A DNA stretch of 64,000 bases, taken from assembly GCA_963797095.1 (NCBI GenBank), contig CAWCNY010000006.1, forward strand, positions 960,001 through 1,024,000, given 5' to 3'. Origin of the DNA: an uncultured Chloroflexia bacterium (GTDB lineage Bacteria; Chloroflexota; Chloroflexia; QHBQ01; JADMIH01). This document shows, piece by piece, positions 28,942-40,037 of this stretch (position 1 is its first letter; each line of letters begins with the position of its first letter). The position numbers and the translations under genes were made by a program. The notes beneath the pieces were generated by a model. That model saw only the letters and a list, made by a program, of their open reading frames with translations. It did no database searches and was not told where the DNA came from.

Positions 28942-30435
28942 ATGGCTACCGAACCACTAATATTTGAAATGAGCAGCCCTGGGCGGATTGGGTTTTCGCT
29001 GCCGGAGGTGGATATGGACGAGGCCCCGGCGCTCGACCCTTGGTTGTTGAGGGAGAATCTGGACCTGCCTGAGGTGTCGGAGGTGGATATGACACGGCAC
29101 TTCGTGCGGCTGAGCCAGAAGAACTATTCGATTGATACGGGGTTTTACCCACTTGGGTCGTGCACAATGAAGTACAACCCGAAGGTGCACGAGGACGTGG
29201 CGATCATGCCAGGCTTCGCGTACATACACCCTTACCAGCCGGTAGAGACGGTGCAAGGGGCGTTGCAGGTGCAGTACGAGTTGCAGGAGATGTTGCTTCA
29301 GATATCGGGTATGGACGCTATATCGTTGCAGCCTGCTGCCGGTGCGCAAGGTGAGTTCACGGGCATCCTGATGATCAGAGCTTATCACAGGTCGCGCGGA
29401 GATGATAACCGCGATCTTATCCTGGTGCCCGACTCGGCGCATGGCACTAACCCGGCCACTGCCGCGGCCGCGGGGTTCAAGATGGTATCGCTGAAGTCGG
29501 GGGCCGATGGGAATGTGGACCTAGATACGCTGGAGGCGAACCTCTCAGACCGGGTGGCCGGGATGATGCTGACGGTGCCGAGCACGCTGGGGTTGTTCGA
29601 GCCGAACATCCTGAAGATCAGCGAAATGGTGCACAAGGCTGGTGGGTTAACGTACGGCGACGGGGCGAATCTGAATGCGCTCGTGGGCCATATCCGCACC
29701 GGCGACCTGGGTTTCGATGTGATGCATATCAACCTGCACAAGACCTTCACTACACCACATGGCGGTGGTGGCCCTGGGAGCGGGCCGGTGGCGTGCAAAG
29801 AGTTGCTCGCGCCGTTCTTGCCGGGGCCTGTGGTTGTGAAGGAAGGAGACACGTTCACCTTCAAGCAGCCTGAGAAGTCGATTGGGCGAGTGAAGAATTT
29901 CTGGGGCAACTTCGGGATGCATGTGCGTGCCTACACTTACATCCGGCACCTGGGTTTGCGCGGGTTGAAGCGGGTGAGCGAGGATGCGATCCTGAATGCG
30001 AATTACATCAGGGCAAACCTGAAGGATGTTTATCACTTGCAGTATGACCGGGTGTGTATGCACGAGGTTGTACTGTCCAGCAAGAATATCAAGGCAGAGA
30101 CGGGATGCGCGACGATGGACGTGGCGAAGCGGCTGATCGACTATGGGATGCACCCGCCCACGGTCTATTTCCCGCTGATCGTGCCTGAAGCATTGATGAT
30201 CGAGCCTACCGAAACCGAATCGAAGGAGACGCTGGATCAGTTCATTGCTGCGATGAAGGCGATCGCGCAGGAGGCGCGAGAGGATCCGGAGATCTTGCAC
30301 AGTGCGCCGCACATCACCGAGGTGTCACGATTGGACGAAGTTGGGGCCGCGCGGGAGCCTAATCTCAGGTGGAAGCGGCCCGCTGAGGCTGCTCCACAGG
30401 CTGAACCTGAGGCAGTGGGAGCGGGGGCCAGCTAG
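28942..30435 (+). CDS. gcvPB: Glycine dehydrogenase (decarboxylating) subunit 2
   Basis: PLGSCTMKYNP, NLHKTFTTPHGGGGPG, MIEPTETESK. Confidence 0.96.
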   Translation: MATEPLIFEMSSPGRIGFSLPEVDMDEAPALDPWLLRENLDLPEVSEVDMTRHFVRLSQKNYSIDTGFYPLGSCTMKYNPKVHEDVAIMPGFAYIHPYQPVETVQGALQVQYELQEMLLQISGMDAISLQPAAGAQGEFTGILMIRAYHRSRGDDNRDLILVPDSAHGTNPATAAAAGFKMVSLKSGADGNVDLDTLEANLSDRVAGMMLTVPSTLGLFEPNILKISEMVHKAGGLTYGDGANLNALVGHIRTGDLGFDVMHINLHKTFTTPHGGGGPGSGPVACKELLAPFLPGPVVVKEGDTFTFKQPEKSIGRVKNFWGNFGMHVRAYTYIRHLGLRGLKRVSEDAILNANYIRANLKDVYHLQYDRVCMHEVVLSSKNIKAETGCATMDVAKRLIDYGMHPPTVYFPLIVPEALMIEPTETESKETLDQFIAAMKAIAQEAREDPEILHSAPHITEVSRLDEVGAAREPNLRWKRPAEAAPQAEPEAVGAGAS

Positions 30436-30449
30436 AATATGAAATAGAA

Positions 30450-30500
30450 AACTAAAAGTCAAGGTTGTGCGCTTTGGACACACAACCTTGACTTTTAGTT
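30450..30500. terminator. Bidirectional terminator between gcvPB and prs
   Basis: 20-bp arms aactaaaagtcaaggttgtg/cacaaccttgacttttagtt between convergent genes. Confidence 0.85.
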
Positions 30501-31472
30501 GTTGTCCAGCACACCCTGCTTACTGGCTTCGAAGAGAGCACCAACGGACGTGCCGGAATGTATGCGCCACATTGTCTCGGCGATCATCGGGGCCACGCTG
30601 AGGACGGTAAGGTTGGGGAGCATCTTTTCGGGTGGTAGGGGGATTGTGTCGGTGGTGACCAGTTCCACTATAGGAGCCTTACTCAGGCGCTCGATGGCGG
30701 AGCCGGAAAAGACCGGGTGAACGCAGGAGGCGTAGACAGCTTTCGCGCCGTGCTCAACTACCACCTTGATAGCCTGGGCCATCGAGCCTCCGGTATCTAT
30801 TTCGTCGTCCACCAGGATAACGGTCTTGCCCTGAACATCGCCTATGAGGTTGAGAACCTCGGTGCGGTCGGCGTTGCCCGTGCGGCGCTTTTCAACAATA
30901 GCAAGTGGAGCATCGATTAGCTCGGCGAAGTTGCGGGCGCGCTTGGCGTTGCCTATGTCGGTAGAGACGACCACGCGGTCTTCCAGGCGCTTGTTGCGGA
31001 AGTGCTCGGCCAAGAGGAACATGGCGGTTAGCTCATCGACAGGGATGTTAAAGAAGCCCTGTATTTGCCCGGCGTGCAGGTCGATGGTGAGGAGGCGGTC
31101 GGCCCCGGCGACGGTGATCATGTCGGCGACGAGACGGGCGGTGATAGGAACCCTGGGTTGGTCCTTTTTGTCGGTGCGACCGTAGGCGTAGTAAGGCACC
31201 ACGGCGGTGATGCGCCCGGCGGAGGCGCGCTTGGCGGCGTCGATGATGATCAGTAGCTCCATGATCGAGCGGTGGACCGGAGACGAGAAGGGCTGGATTA
31301 TGAAAACATCGTTTTCACGTACGCTTTCATCGATCTTGACGAAAATGTTCTCGTTGGAGAACTCGAACACCTGGATATTGCCCAGGCTCATCCTCAGGCG
31401 GCTGGCAACGGCCTCGGCCAACGTCGGATTGGCGTTGCCGCTGAATATGGTCATGTCCTCGAATTGTGGCAT
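30495..31472 (-). CDS. prs: Ribose-phosphate pyrophosphokinase
   Basis: VVPYYAYGRTDKK, DLHAGQIQGFF, VDDEIDTGGS; likely start MPQF at 31472. Confidence 0.95.
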   Translation of the reverse strand: MPQFEDMTIFSGNANPTLAEAVASRLRMSLGNIQVFEFSNENIFVKIDESVRENDVFIIQPFSSPVHRSIMELLIIIDAAKRASAGRITAVVPYYAYGRTDKKDQPRVPITARLVADMITVAGADRLLTIDLHAGQIQGFFNIPVDELTAMFLLAEHFRNKRLEDRVVVSTDIGNAKRARNFAELIDAPLAIVEKRRTGNADRTEVLNLIGDVQGKTVILVDDEIDTGGSMAQAIKVVVEHGAKAVYASCVHPVFSGSAIERLSKAPIVELVTTDTIPLPPEKMLPNLTVLSVAPMIAETMWRIHSGTSVGALFEASKQGVLDNN

Positions 31473-31525
31473 AGGTTTTTGCTGTAGACGAAAGACGGAC
31501 AACGATGGACGAAAGTAAACAGGGT

Positions 31526-32335
31526 CTATTCGTCGTTCTTTCTTTGTCCTTCGTCCTCTTCTGCTTTTTCGTTGATTAGCAGGGCTAGAGCGGTTTCGGC
31601 TGCTGCTTGTTCGGCCATTTGTTTGTTGGTGCCGGTGCCGTCGGCCAGGATACGGTCACCTGCCAGAACTTCTACTCTAAATTGTTTGGCGTGATCGGGG
31701 CCGGACGTTTCGACCATCCTGTACATAGGCGTTTGCTTAAGGTGGGCTTGGGCGAACTGCTGCAATTGCGTTTTGAAGTCGGCGCGCAACACCTCCTCAA
31801 TAAGTGCGACGGCATCATCGGATTCACCCAGAATAGTGTGCCAGACGGTGCGAGCTGCCTCCAGTCCACCATCCAGATAGACTGCGCCAAGGAGGGCTTC
31901 AATGGCGCGACCGAGGTTGGTGCCTCTCGTGCGACCTCCCGCCGCTTCTTCGCCCCGGCTCATATACAGATATTCGCCAAGTTCCAGAGGTTCTGCGATC
32001 TGAGCCAGGGTGGTAAGCCTCACCAGCGCACCACGCCAGGCGGTAAGCTGGCCTTCGGGTGTGTCGGGGTACGCGAGGAAGAGATCGCTTGAGACTATGA
32101 AACCGAGGATGGAATCGCCCAGGAACTCCATCCGCTCATTAGAGCTGCCTGGCAAGTCGGGGACAGCATGGAGGTAGGATTTGTGGACCATCGCATTGCG
32201 CAGATAGTCTTCCTGGGTGAAAGTGTAGCCGATCCTGTCCTGCAATTCCGCAGAAGGCCTGCGCGGCACGGCTCCCTCGGCCCGTGGCAGGGAAGGAGTC
32301 GCTACGCTGGATGTTTGCTCGTCGGGATCCATCAT
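31526..32335 (-). CDS. rnc: Ribonuclease III
   Basis: NERMEFLGDS signature, EALLGAVYLD, dsRBD DFKTQLQ..GPDH..AEQAAA. Confidence 0.95.
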   Translation of the reverse strand: MMDPDEQTSSVATPSLPRAEGAVPRRPSAELQDRIGYTFTQEDYLRNAMVHKSYLHAVPDLPGSSNERMEFLGDSILGFIVSSDLFLAYPDTPEGQLTAWRGALVRLTTLAQIAEPLELGEYLYMSRGEEAAGGRTRGTNLGRAIEALLGAVYLDGGLEAARTVWHTILGESDDAVALIEEVLRADFKTQLQQFAQAHLKQTPMYRMVETSGPDHAKQFRVEVLAGDRILADGTGTNKQMAEQAAAETALALLINEKAEEDEGQRKNDE

Positions 32336-32380
32336 TGTTATCGCTTACTGCGTGTTGAGTACTAACTCCGGTTAAACTGG

Positions 32381-32794
32381 TTAGTTGGCCTCAGCATCGA
32401 GGTCTACGCCTGCGCTCTGGGCGGCCAGCCTCAAGCGCTCCCAGTCGATCTCGAATGTGTAGCGGTAATGGTAATTGCCTATTTTCTGGCTTTGAGAAGT
32501 CGCCAGGTTGACGGTAACGAGGAAGCGGGCGAATGCGTCGGCGATGCCGTTGCCCATGGTGTCGGTATCGTCCACAGTAATTTTGCCGCCATTGTGTGCG
32601 GCGCGCCTTATGCCTTCTTCGAAGAAGGGCGCGAGGCGCGTAGCGTCCGCACGTTGGTCCTGGTTAATGCTGGCGATCTCCGTGCCGATGTCCTGCACAG
32701 CTGAGGCGGCAAGTTCCGCACCTCGACTTTCAACCTCCATTACAGGGTGGTCTACAATGTACATCAACAGCTTGCTCAATCCATTTGCCATCAA
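32381..32794 (-). CDS. Hypothetical protein
   Basis: ORF with GAGGAG ribosome site and upstream TATAAT; co-oriented with rnc. Confidence 0.7.
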   Translation of the reverse strand: MMANGLSKLLMYIVDHPVMEVESRGAELAASAVQDIGTEIASINQDQRADATRLAPFFEEGIRRAAHNGGKITVDDTDTMGNGIADAFARFLVTVNLATSQSQKIGNYHYRYTFEIDWERLRLAAQSAGVDLDAEAN

Positions 32795-32895
32795 TATGCT
32801 CCTCGTTGGGGTGTAAGCTAATTATACCACGGGCCCGGAGAAGCCCTTTTTGGGTGAGGCAGGATGTCCTTCTTCCGACCCGCAGCCTCCTGGTG

Positions 32896-32904
32896 TGATA
32901 TAAT
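32896..32904 (+). promoter_or_regulatory. Extended -10 promoter, probable leaderless transcript
   Basis: TGaTATAAT ending 6 nt before the ATG at 32911; no Shine-Dalgarno. Confidence 0.55.
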
Positions 32905-32910
32905 CATGCC

Positions 32911-33357
32911 ATGCGGAACAGGGCTGAACCGGTGGGAGTGTTGCAACTCCATTTGCCGCTGCCGCCTGGGGTCAACAACCAGTATGCGACAGTAAATGGG
33001 CGGCGGGTGTTGAGCGCGGAAGCACGGCGCTGGAAGAATGAGGTAGGAGAGCGCTTGCGCGATCTGCGTTTTTCCGGCACGGTGTCAGACGCTACGATAG
33101 ACACTTTGCGGTCGGGCTATCTGTCGCTATTTATCGACTTTTTCTTTCCTACGCCCATGAAGCGAGACCTTGACGGCGGGCTGAAGATCGCGCAGGATGC
33201 TATCTGCGAGAACCTGGGGATCAATGATAATAGGGTTGTTGATATCCACCTTGTGAAGCGGATCGACCCGCTGAGGCCGCGCATCGAGGTGCAGTTGGAA
33301 ACCATACCGGAAGATGAGTGGCAGTGGGATGAGGAGTACAGGTACATCCAGCAATGA
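32911..33357 (+). CDS. rusA: RusA-family crossover junction endodeoxyribonuclease
   Basis: LPLPPGVNN, KRDLDGGLK..QDA..INDNRV acidic motif. Confidence 0.8.
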   Translation: MRNRAEPVGVLQLHLPLPPGVNNQYATVNGRRVLSAEARRWKNEVGERLRDLRFSGTVSDATIDTLRSGYLSLFIDFFFPTPMKRDLDGGLKIAQDAICENLGINDNRVVDIHLVKRIDPLRPRIEVQLETIPEDEWQWDEEYRYIQQ

Positions 33358-34142
33358 GCGCAATTGCGACTATTGAGAGACCGAAACAAGGACAAAGGCA
33401 CGAGGTACACAAGGTCGTTGTAGACGGCGTTAGCGTGCGTTATATCGAGGCAGGGCAAGATATGCCGGGTTTGCCCGTTGTGCTTGTGCATGGGTTTCAG
33501 GCTGGGGCCGATCTCTGGTATCCATACACATTGCCCGCTTTCGCCGAGCGATTCCATGTATACGCGATTGACCTGCCGGGCTTCGGCGGCTCGGATGAGT
33601 TGAACGAGTATGGAGTGGAGGCTTACGGGCGGTTTGTGAACCGGTTCCTCGACAGCCTGGGCCTGGATGCGATTCAACTTGTGGGGCACTCGATGGGCGG
33701 TCAGGTGGTGGTGGCCGCAGCGGCCCAGGAGCCTGACCGCGCGGAGCGGTTGGTGTTGATAGGGAGCGCAGGCCTACCGAGACTAGGCCCGCACTGGGCG
33801 GCATCTGTGGTGATGCTGGCCGATCGGAGCACATTTGATGTTGGGCTGTACCCGCGCATCGTGAAGTTGATGTTCCAGTCGCGAGCCATACGTCCCTGCC
33901 TGAAGATGATACGCGAGGACTCGGTGTATCCCATGCTGTCGGAATTGACGATGCCGACCCTGGTGGTGTGGGGGTCGAGAGACCGCGTGGTGCCTTTGGA
34001 GCATGCAACCCTGTTCGCCAGGAATATACCGCATGCACGTATGGCGATCATGCGAGGCTGCGGACACAGACCGTTTTACCAGAAGCCGGAGTTGTTCAAT
34101 AAGATATTGTTCGGATTCTTGAGGAATGGGAGTGACGAGTGA
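33354..34142 (+). CDS. Alpha/beta fold hydrolase
   Basis: LVHG, DLPGFGGS, GHSMGG, WGSRD, GCGH. Confidence 0.9.
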   Translation: MSAIATIERPKQGQRHEVHKVVVDGVSVRYIEAGQDMPGLPVVLVHGFQAGADLWYPYTLPAFAERFHVYAIDLPGFGGSDELNEYGVEAYGRFVNRFLDSLGLDAIQLVGHSMGGQVVVAAAAQEPDRAERLVLIGSAGLPRLGPHWAASVVMLADRSTFDVGLYPRIVKLMFQSRAIRPCLKMIREDSVYPMLSELTMPTLVVWGSRDRVVPLEHATLFARNIPHARMAIMRGCGHRPFYQKPELFNKILFGFLRNGSDE

Positions 34143-34190
34143 GGAGTGGTCTTGAGTTGTATTTAGTTGGGAGTAAGGGGTGAGCGGGCT

Positions 34191-35789
34191 ATGATAACGC
34201 AGGTAGAGGAAGCTAAAGCTGAAAAGCGAGGTCCTGGGGCTGCCATAGTCAAAGGTGGCGTGGTGGTGCTGGATTTCGGGTCGCAATATACCCAGCTGAT
34301 TGCGCGGAGGGTTCGGGAACTGGGAGTTTATTCGGAATTGCTGACGCATGATGCTCCCATGTCCGAGATCGAGCGATTGGAGCCTGCCGCTTTCATTTTG
34401 TCGGGCGGACCTGCCAGTGTTTATGAGGAGGGCGCGCCGCAGTTGCCCGATTATGTGCTGGAGAGTGGGAAGCCCGTGCTGGGTATTTGCTACGGGATGC
34501 AACTGATCACGCGGGCGTTGGGTGGGCGTGTGGCCCCGGCGCAACACCGAGAGTATGGGCCTGCGACCATACGGCGGACGGGCGAGTCGCCGTTGTTTCA
34601 CAACCTGGAGTCGGATTTACAGGTTTGGATCAGCCACGGGGATAGGATCGAGGAGATGCCGGAGGGATTTGAGGCGCTGGCGTCCTCGCTTAATGCTCCC
34701 TGTGCGGCTATGGGCCTGGACAGAGTATTGGGGATACAATTCCACCCGGAGGTGGTGCATACTCCGCAGGGGAAGGATATACTGGCTAACTTCTTGTTCA
34801 ATATAGCGCATATCGAGCCGAACTGGACGGCCCATTCGTTCATCGAGACTGCTGTAGAGCAGATTCGTGCGCAAGTTGGCGACAAACATGTGTTGTGCGG
34901 GTTGAGCGGCGGGGTTGATTCCTCGGTGGCAGCGGCGCTCATATATAAGGCGATTGGGGATAGGCTGACCTGCCTGTTCGTGGATAACGGCCTATTGAGG
35001 TTGGGGGAAGCGGAGGAGGTTGTCGAGACATTTGGGCGCAACCTGCACATGAACCTGGTGGCGGTGGACGCTTCGGATCGCTTTTTGGAGGCGCTGAGCG
35101 GTGTGACGGACCCTGAGGAGAAGCGGAAGCGGATCGGAGCGACATTCATCCGGGTGTTCGAGTTGGAGACGCTCAAGCTGGAGAAGGCTGCGCATTACGA
35201 GTTTTTGGCTCAGGGCACACTGTATCCCGACGTGATCGAGAGCGCCACACCTGAAAGGCCCAACGCGGCGAGGATCAAGACACATCATAACGTGGGAGGA
35301 TTGCCTGCGGATTTGCAGTTCAAGCTTGTTGAGCCGTTGCGCTACCTGTTCAAAGATGAAGTGCGGCGGGTTGGCCTTGAGCTTGGTTTGCCTGAGGAGA
35401 TCGTTTGGAGGCAGCCGTTCCCGGGCCCCGGACTGGCGGTGCGCGTGCTGGGAGAGGTGACGCGCCCGCGCCTCGACACGCTCAGGGCGGCAGACGCGAT
35501 TGTGCGGGCCGAGTTGAAGGCGGCGGGGTTGGACAGGGTGATCTGGCAGGCATTTGCTGTGCTGCTGCCTGTACAGAGCGTGGGCGTGATGGGGGATTAC
35601 CGGACCTATGCGGATGTGGTGGCGGTGCGGGCGATCACTTCAACAGATGGCATGACGGCAGATTGGGCGCAGATACCTTACGAAGTGCTGGCGCGTATTT
35701 CGAGCCGGATCGTGAACGAAGTGCCGCACGTGAACCGGGTGGTGTACGATGTTACTTCGAAACCGCCCGCCACTATTGAGTGGGAGTGA
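34191..35789 (+). CDS. guaA: GMP synthase (glutamine-hydrolysing)
   Basis: [39 protein letters not shown]. Confidence 0.97.
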   Translation: MITQVEEAKAEKRGPGAAIVKGGVVVLDFGSQYTQLIARRVRELGVYSELLTHDAPMSEIERLEPAAFILSGGPASVYEEGAPQLPDYVLESGKPVLGICYGMQLITRALGGRVAPAQHREYGPATIRRTGESPLFHNLESDLQVWISHGDRIEEMPEGFEALASSLNAPCAAMGLDRVLGIQFHPEVVHTPQGKDILANFLFNIAHIEPNWTAHSFIETAVEQIRAQVGDKHVLCGLSGGVDSSVAAALIYKAIGDRLTCLFVDNGLLRLGEAEEVVETFGRNLHMNLVAVDASDRFLEALSGVTDPEEKRKRIGATFIRVFELETLKLEKAAHYEFLAQGTLYPDVIESATPERPNAARIKTHHNVGGLPADLQFKLVEPLRYLFKDEVRRVGLELGLPEEIVWRQPFPGPGLAVRVLGEVTRPRLDTLRAADAIVRAELKAAGLDRVIWQAFAVLLPVQSVGVMGDYRTYADVVAVRAITSTDGMTADWAQIPYEVLARISSRIVNEVPHVNRVVYDVTSKPPATIEWE

Positions 35790-35804
35790 CTTCATACGCG
35801 AAAC

Positions 35805-37148
35805 GTGATACCTGGGGATGATAGACGAAAGACGATGGACGATGCGCGCTGGACGAAGGACATAAGCAGTACGCAGCATGCGGTAGTCACTCGTCAGTCG
35901 TCACTCGTCAAATATTACGCATCACGTATTCTCCATAGGATTGTGGCTAACGCCTGGCTATCTGCCGGGCTTATCTTTGTTTTTACTCGTGCAATCGCGC
36001 TTGAGGGGGCTTACAGCGGGGTAAGCGGGCTGATCGTGGCCGAGCCTGAGCGCAACAAGGGTTGGGTGGCCGAGCTTGCGCTAATGTGGGACGCGGCGCA
36101 CTATGCGGGGATCGCATCCGATTTCTACCAGTATGACCCCACCGCTTCGGGTGGAACCGATGTGGCGTTCGCACCTCTGTATCCTTTCTTAATGCGCGCC
36201 TTAGGAAGCGTCTTGCAATGGGTAACGTTTGGGTGGGATTGGGGACATCCAAAGTGGGGCGCGCTGATAGCTGCCGGGATAATTATCAGTAATGTGGCTT
36301 TCCTCTTCGCGCTGGGGTTGTTGATCAAACTGCTCGCTCCGCGATTGGGGAATATTGGGGCGGTACTGGTGGCCCTGGGGCTGGCCTCGCTGCCTACAGC
36401 CTTTTTCTTCTCGGCTCTTTATACAGAAGGTTTGTTCCTGTTGCTTGTGGTTGGCTCGTTTGCGCTGGCGCGCTCGGATTGGCGGTGGAAGTGGCTGTGT
36501 GTTGGGTTGGTGGGGATGATGGCGTCGCTCGATAGGTTTGCCGGCGCATTGCTGCTTGGTGTGATGGCGGTGGAGTATCTGGCGCAGAAGGGGTGGAAAC
36601 CGAAGCGGGTGCGGGCCGACGCGGCCTGGCTGCTGCTGATTCCGGTGGGGGTGGCGATATACGCGGCGTTCCTGTGGCTGAGGTTCGGCAGCCCGTTCGT
36701 GCTGAATGATAGTATGTTGAAGGGGTGGAACCACCAGGGATCGTTCTTTTTGGTAACATACTGGGAAAGCCTATCGCAACTGTGGATGAGTTTGACCGGC
36801 GCGTTTGCTGCCGGGCAAGATCCGGTGTTGTATTATGGGCAAGGGAGCAGGCTGTACTTGATCCTCGATCTTGCTTTACCGGTGGCGCTGCTGGTGGGTG
36901 CATGGGTGGGGCGCACCAAGTTGATGGCCTCGGAATGGACGTGGCTGGCGCTGGGGATTGTGTACCCACTCAGTACAAACATCACATTCTCGATGGCGAG
37001 GTATGTCTTGCCGCTTTGGCCTGGGTTGGTATGGCTCGGCATGGATAAGAAGGGTAGGCGTGTGGTCGCGGTAGTGTGGATCGCGGTGTCGCTGGCTCTG
37101 ATGGCATGGTGCAGCAGTGTCTATGGGAGCGCACGCTGGATAGGGTGA
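35805..37148 (+). CDS. Membrane mannosyltransferase-like (PIG-V/GT-C) protein; start uncertain
   Basis: [31 protein letters not shown]; the N-terminal ~45 codons consist of heptamer repeats. Confidence 0.8.
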   Translation: MIPGDDRRKTMDDARWTKDISSTQHAVVTRQSSLVKYYASRILHRIVANAWLSAGLIFVFTRAIALEGAYSGVSGLIVAEPERNKGWVAELALMWDAAHYAGIASDFYQYDPTASGGTDVAFAPLYPFLMRALGSVLQWVTFGWDWGHPKWGALIAAGIIISNVAFLFALGLLIKLLAPRLGNIGAVLVALGLASLPTAFFFSALYTEGLFLLLVVGSFALARSDWRWKWLCVGLVGMMASLDRFAGALLLGVMAVEYLAQKGWKPKRVRADAAWLLLIPVGVAIYAAFLWLRFGSPFVLNDSMLKGWNHQGSFFLVTYWESLSQLWMSLTGAFAAGQDPVLYYGQGSRLYLILDLALPVALLVGAWVGRTKLMASEWTWLALGIVYPLSTNITFSMARYVLPLWPGLVWLGMDKKGRRVVAVVWIAVSLALMAWCSSVYGSARWIG

Positions 37149-37237
37149 GTGGATTTTGGGTTTTGGACTTCGGATTTAGTGGGCTGAAGGATAGTTCGGT
37201 TATAGGGTTTTGGGAGAGAGTAGAGAGGAGAAGGAAA

Positions 37238-38632
37238 ATGAGAGTGCTTGTGGTTGGGTCGGGGGCGCGGGAGCATGCCATCGTATGGAAGCTGGCTACC
37301 AGTTCTTTCGTGACGGATATATATTGCGCTCCTGGGAATGGCGGTACGACGCTGTTGGCGCGGAATATCGACCTACCTATCGAGACCGAGAGCCAGTGCG
37401 ACCAGTTGGCGGGTTGGGCGTTCAACAACAGCATTGACCTGGTGATCGTGGGTCCGGAGATACCGTTGAAGCATGGGATCGCCGACTCGCTGGCCCTGCT
37501 TGGCGTGCCGGTGTTCGGGCCTACGCAGGCAGCCTCTCGCCTGGAGTGGAGCAAAGTGTGGGCGCGCGAGTTCATGCACAGGCATAATATCCCGTCACCC
37601 AGATATAAAGTGGTGCATGGGATGGAGGCGGTGCTTGCGGAGTTAAGATCGCCGGAGCTTGGGTGGCCCCTTGTGATCAAAGCGGATGGGCTGGCGGCGG
37701 GCAAAGGAGCATTTGTTTGCCAGGACCCTATGGACGCGGAAGAAGATGTTACCAGGATGCGCGAGGCGGGGGTGCTGCCTCTTGTGAATGATGATGTGAC
37801 TGTGGTGCTCGAGGAGTATCTTGAAGGCACGGAAGTGAGCGCACTGGCATTTTGTGATGGAGAGCGCGTGGCGATGATGCCTCCCGCATGTGATTACAAA
37901 AGGTTGCAGGATGGCGACCTGGGACCGATGACAGGGGGGATGGGGGCTTATTCGCCCACAAAGGAGATAACGCTGGAAGCCTGGGAGGGCATCAAGCGGG
38001 AAGTGATCCAGCGCGCGGTGGACGGGATGCGGGCTGAAGGAATGCCTTACAGGGGCGTGTTGTACGCAGGATTGATGCTCACGAAAGATGGGCCGAAGGT
38101 CCTTGAGTTCAACTGTCGTTTGGGCGACCCGGAGGCTCAGGTGTTGTTGCCTTTGCTTCAGACGCCACTGGAAGATATCGCGATGGCGGTCGCGAAGGGA
38201 GACCTATCGCCGGTAGGGCAGATTAAGTGGAGTGGGGAGGCGGCGGTGGGCGTGGTGGTGGCATCTGAGAACTATCCCACGGGCAAATCGTCAGCGGTGC
38301 CTGTGACGGGCCTCGGCGACCTCGATGAAGGAGTGCTGGTGTTTCATGCTGGGACGAAAGCCCAGGGCAATATTTCACTTGTGCCTGACGAGCTAAGTCC
38401 CGGTAAGAGCCAGTCTATATTCAAGACACTGTTCGGGGGAGAGTTGCAGAACCTTAGTCTTACTACAGGGTCGTTTGAGATGCAACTGGACGCTGTGGGT
38501 GGCCGCCTGTTGACGGTGGTCGCGACAGCGCGCACGATATGGGAAGCACGCGAGAAAGTATACAGGAACCTGCCGAAGATCAAGATCGCCGGATCGCAGT
38601 ACAGGAAGGATATTGGGGAGCGAGAGGCTTAA
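37238..38632 (+). CDS. purD: Phosphoribosylamine--glycine ligase
   Basis: [44 protein letters not shown]. Confidence 0.95.
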   Translation: MRVLVVGSGAREHAIVWKLATSSFVTDIYCAPGNGGTTLLARNIDLPIETESQCDQLAGWAFNNSIDLVIVGPEIPLKHGIADSLALLGVPVFGPTQAASRLEWSKVWAREFMHRHNIPSPRYKVVHGMEAVLAELRSPELGWPLVIKADGLAAGKGAFVCQDPMDAEEDVTRMREAGVLPLVNDDVTVVLEEYLEGTEVSALAFCDGERVAMMPPACDYKRLQDGDLGPMTGGMGAYSPTKEITLEAWEGIKREVIQRAVDGMRAEGMPYRGVLYAGLMLTKDGPKVLEFNCRLGDPEAQVLLPLLQTPLEDIAMAVAKGDLSPVGQIKWSGEAAVGVVVASENYPTGKSSAVPVTGLGDLDEGVLVFHAGTKAQGNISLVPDELSPGKSQSIFKTLFGGELQNLSLTTGSFEMQLDAVGGRLLTVVATARTIWEAREKVYRNLPKIKIAGSQYRKDIGEREA

Positions 38633-38639
38633 GTGTGCT

Positions 38640-39176
38640 TTACGTCAGGCGATTTGCGTACATCAGGATGCCACAAATGGATTTGGCATCGCAGATTTCG
38701 CCCGACCAGATGGCGGCTATAGCTTCTTCGAGAGTGAGGCGCTCGACCTCGATGTTTTCGTCTTCATCGCCTGGTTTGCGGCTCTCCTCAAGATCTGTAA
38801 GCAGATAGCAGTGGAGGAATTCGGTGCAGAAGCCTGGGGCCGAGAAGAAGCCCCCCATGTGCTCGACCTTACGAGGCCTGTAGCCGGTTTCCTCCTGGGT
38901 TTCACGGACGGCACAGGTTTCAGGGTCTTCGCCTTGCTCGCGAGTGCCCGCCGGTATTTCGAGGAGGACATGCCCGGCGGCACGTCGGTACTGGCGCACG
39001 AGGACGAGCTTGCCCTCGTGGTCGACGACCACGAGGGCGACAGCGCCTGGATGGACGACTATCTCGCGGGCCTTCTCGTGGCCGTTGTGGATGAGGACTT
39101 TCTCTTTGATCACTTTGAAGAGGCGACCGTTGTAGATTGTTTCCTGTGATAGACCTACTTCCGGGTCGATTGCCAT
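38640..39176 (-). CDS. NUDIX hydrolase (ADP-ribose pyrophosphatase-like)
   Basis: REIVVHPGAV, RQYR, Nudix box EIPAGTREQGEDPETCAVRETQEETG. Confidence 0.9.
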   Translation of the reverse strand: MAIDPEVGLSQETIYNGRLFKVIKEKVLIHNGHEKAREIVVHPGAVALVVVDHEGKLVLVRQYRRAAGHVLLEIPAGTREQGEDPETCAVRETQEETGYRPRKVEHMGGFFSAPGFCTEFLHCYLLTDLEESRKPGDEDENIEVERLTLEEAIAAIWSGEICDAKSICGILMYANRLT

Positions 39177-39300
39177 CTTGTAACCCCCTGGTGGTGAAAA
39201 ATATGGGCATAGTGCTTGCTTTTAGTATTATACATGGCAGAAGGATGGAAGACGACGAGTGACGAGTGGCTTGCGAAGCGTATGCATAAAGAGGAGAGAG

Positions 39301-40017
39301 ATGGCACATCCACATAGCAGTGTTGAAGAGGCAATCAGGCCGCACGATGGGATGCTGGAGGATAAGCCTGTGCAGGTGGTGGGCAAGGCTTTTGAACGTG
39401 GTCCCGCTGAGGCTATGGCGGCGTTGCGTGAGCCGGGGTTGCGGTGTTGCAGGTGCGACTTGTGCGCCACGCGGACTCAGGTAGTATTTGGAGAAGGTTC
39501 GCCTCAGGCGCGGCTGATGATCATCGGCGAGGCACCGGGCGCGGACGAGGATAAGTCCGGGCACCCCTTCTGGGGTCGTGCCGGGCAGGTATTCAACTCG
39601 CTGCTGGCTGCTGCAGGGATTGCGCGCGAGAACGTATGGGTGACGAATACGGTGAAATGCAGGCCAACCAAAGGCGACGGGAGGAGGGTGTCGAACAGGC
39701 CGCCGCTCGCGCCGGAGATCAAGGCTTGTAACATCTGGCGCACTGGCGAGCTTGAGATTATCAAGCCGAGGATCATCTGCTGTTTGGGAGCGGTGGCGGC
39801 CAAGGCGATACTGGGCAGGGATGTGCGTATGACGATGGAACGCGGGCAATGGTTCCCTTATCCCGGCCCGGTGGAGGAGCTGGAGGGCAGCGAGGTGATC
39901 GTTACCTATCACCCCTCCTATATCATGCGGCAGGAGGGAGAGGCGTATGATAGGATCAGGGCGCAGTCGGACGCTGATTTCGCGGCGATTGCCAGCAAAC
40001 TGAAGGTACTATCTTAG
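39301..40017 (+). CDS. Uracil-DNA glycosylase family 4 (4Fe-4S)
   Basis: C..CDLC, GEAPG, PFWGRAG, TNTVKCRP, TYHPS. Confidence 0.9.
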   Translation: MAHPHSSVEEAIRPHDGMLEDKPVQVVGKAFERGPAEAMAALREPGLRCCRCDLCATRTQVVFGEGSPQARLMIIGEAPGADEDKSGHPFWGRAGQVFNSLLAAAGIARENVWVTNTVKCRPTKGDGRRVSNRPPLAPEIKACNIWRTGELEIIKPRIICCLGAVAAKAILGRDVRMTMERGQWFPYPGPVEELEGSEVIVTYHPSYIMRQEGEAYDRIRAQSDADFAAIASKLKVLS

Positions 40018-40037
40018 CAGTTTAGAGCCATTTACCG

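Noticed and set aside
31895-31918. Inactive RNase III (GRAIEA lacks one Asp)
   Set aside because: The essential Asp of the signature motif and the downstream Glu are retained, and the dsRBD is intact.
32911-33357. rusA as a prophage marker
   Set aside because: No phage genes, integrase or att sites nearby; the context is housekeeping.
38613-39149. 178-aa plus-strand ORF and the many other antisense or overlapping ORFs in the track
   Set aside because: They are shadows of well-supported genes in GC-rich DNA and have no motifs of their own.
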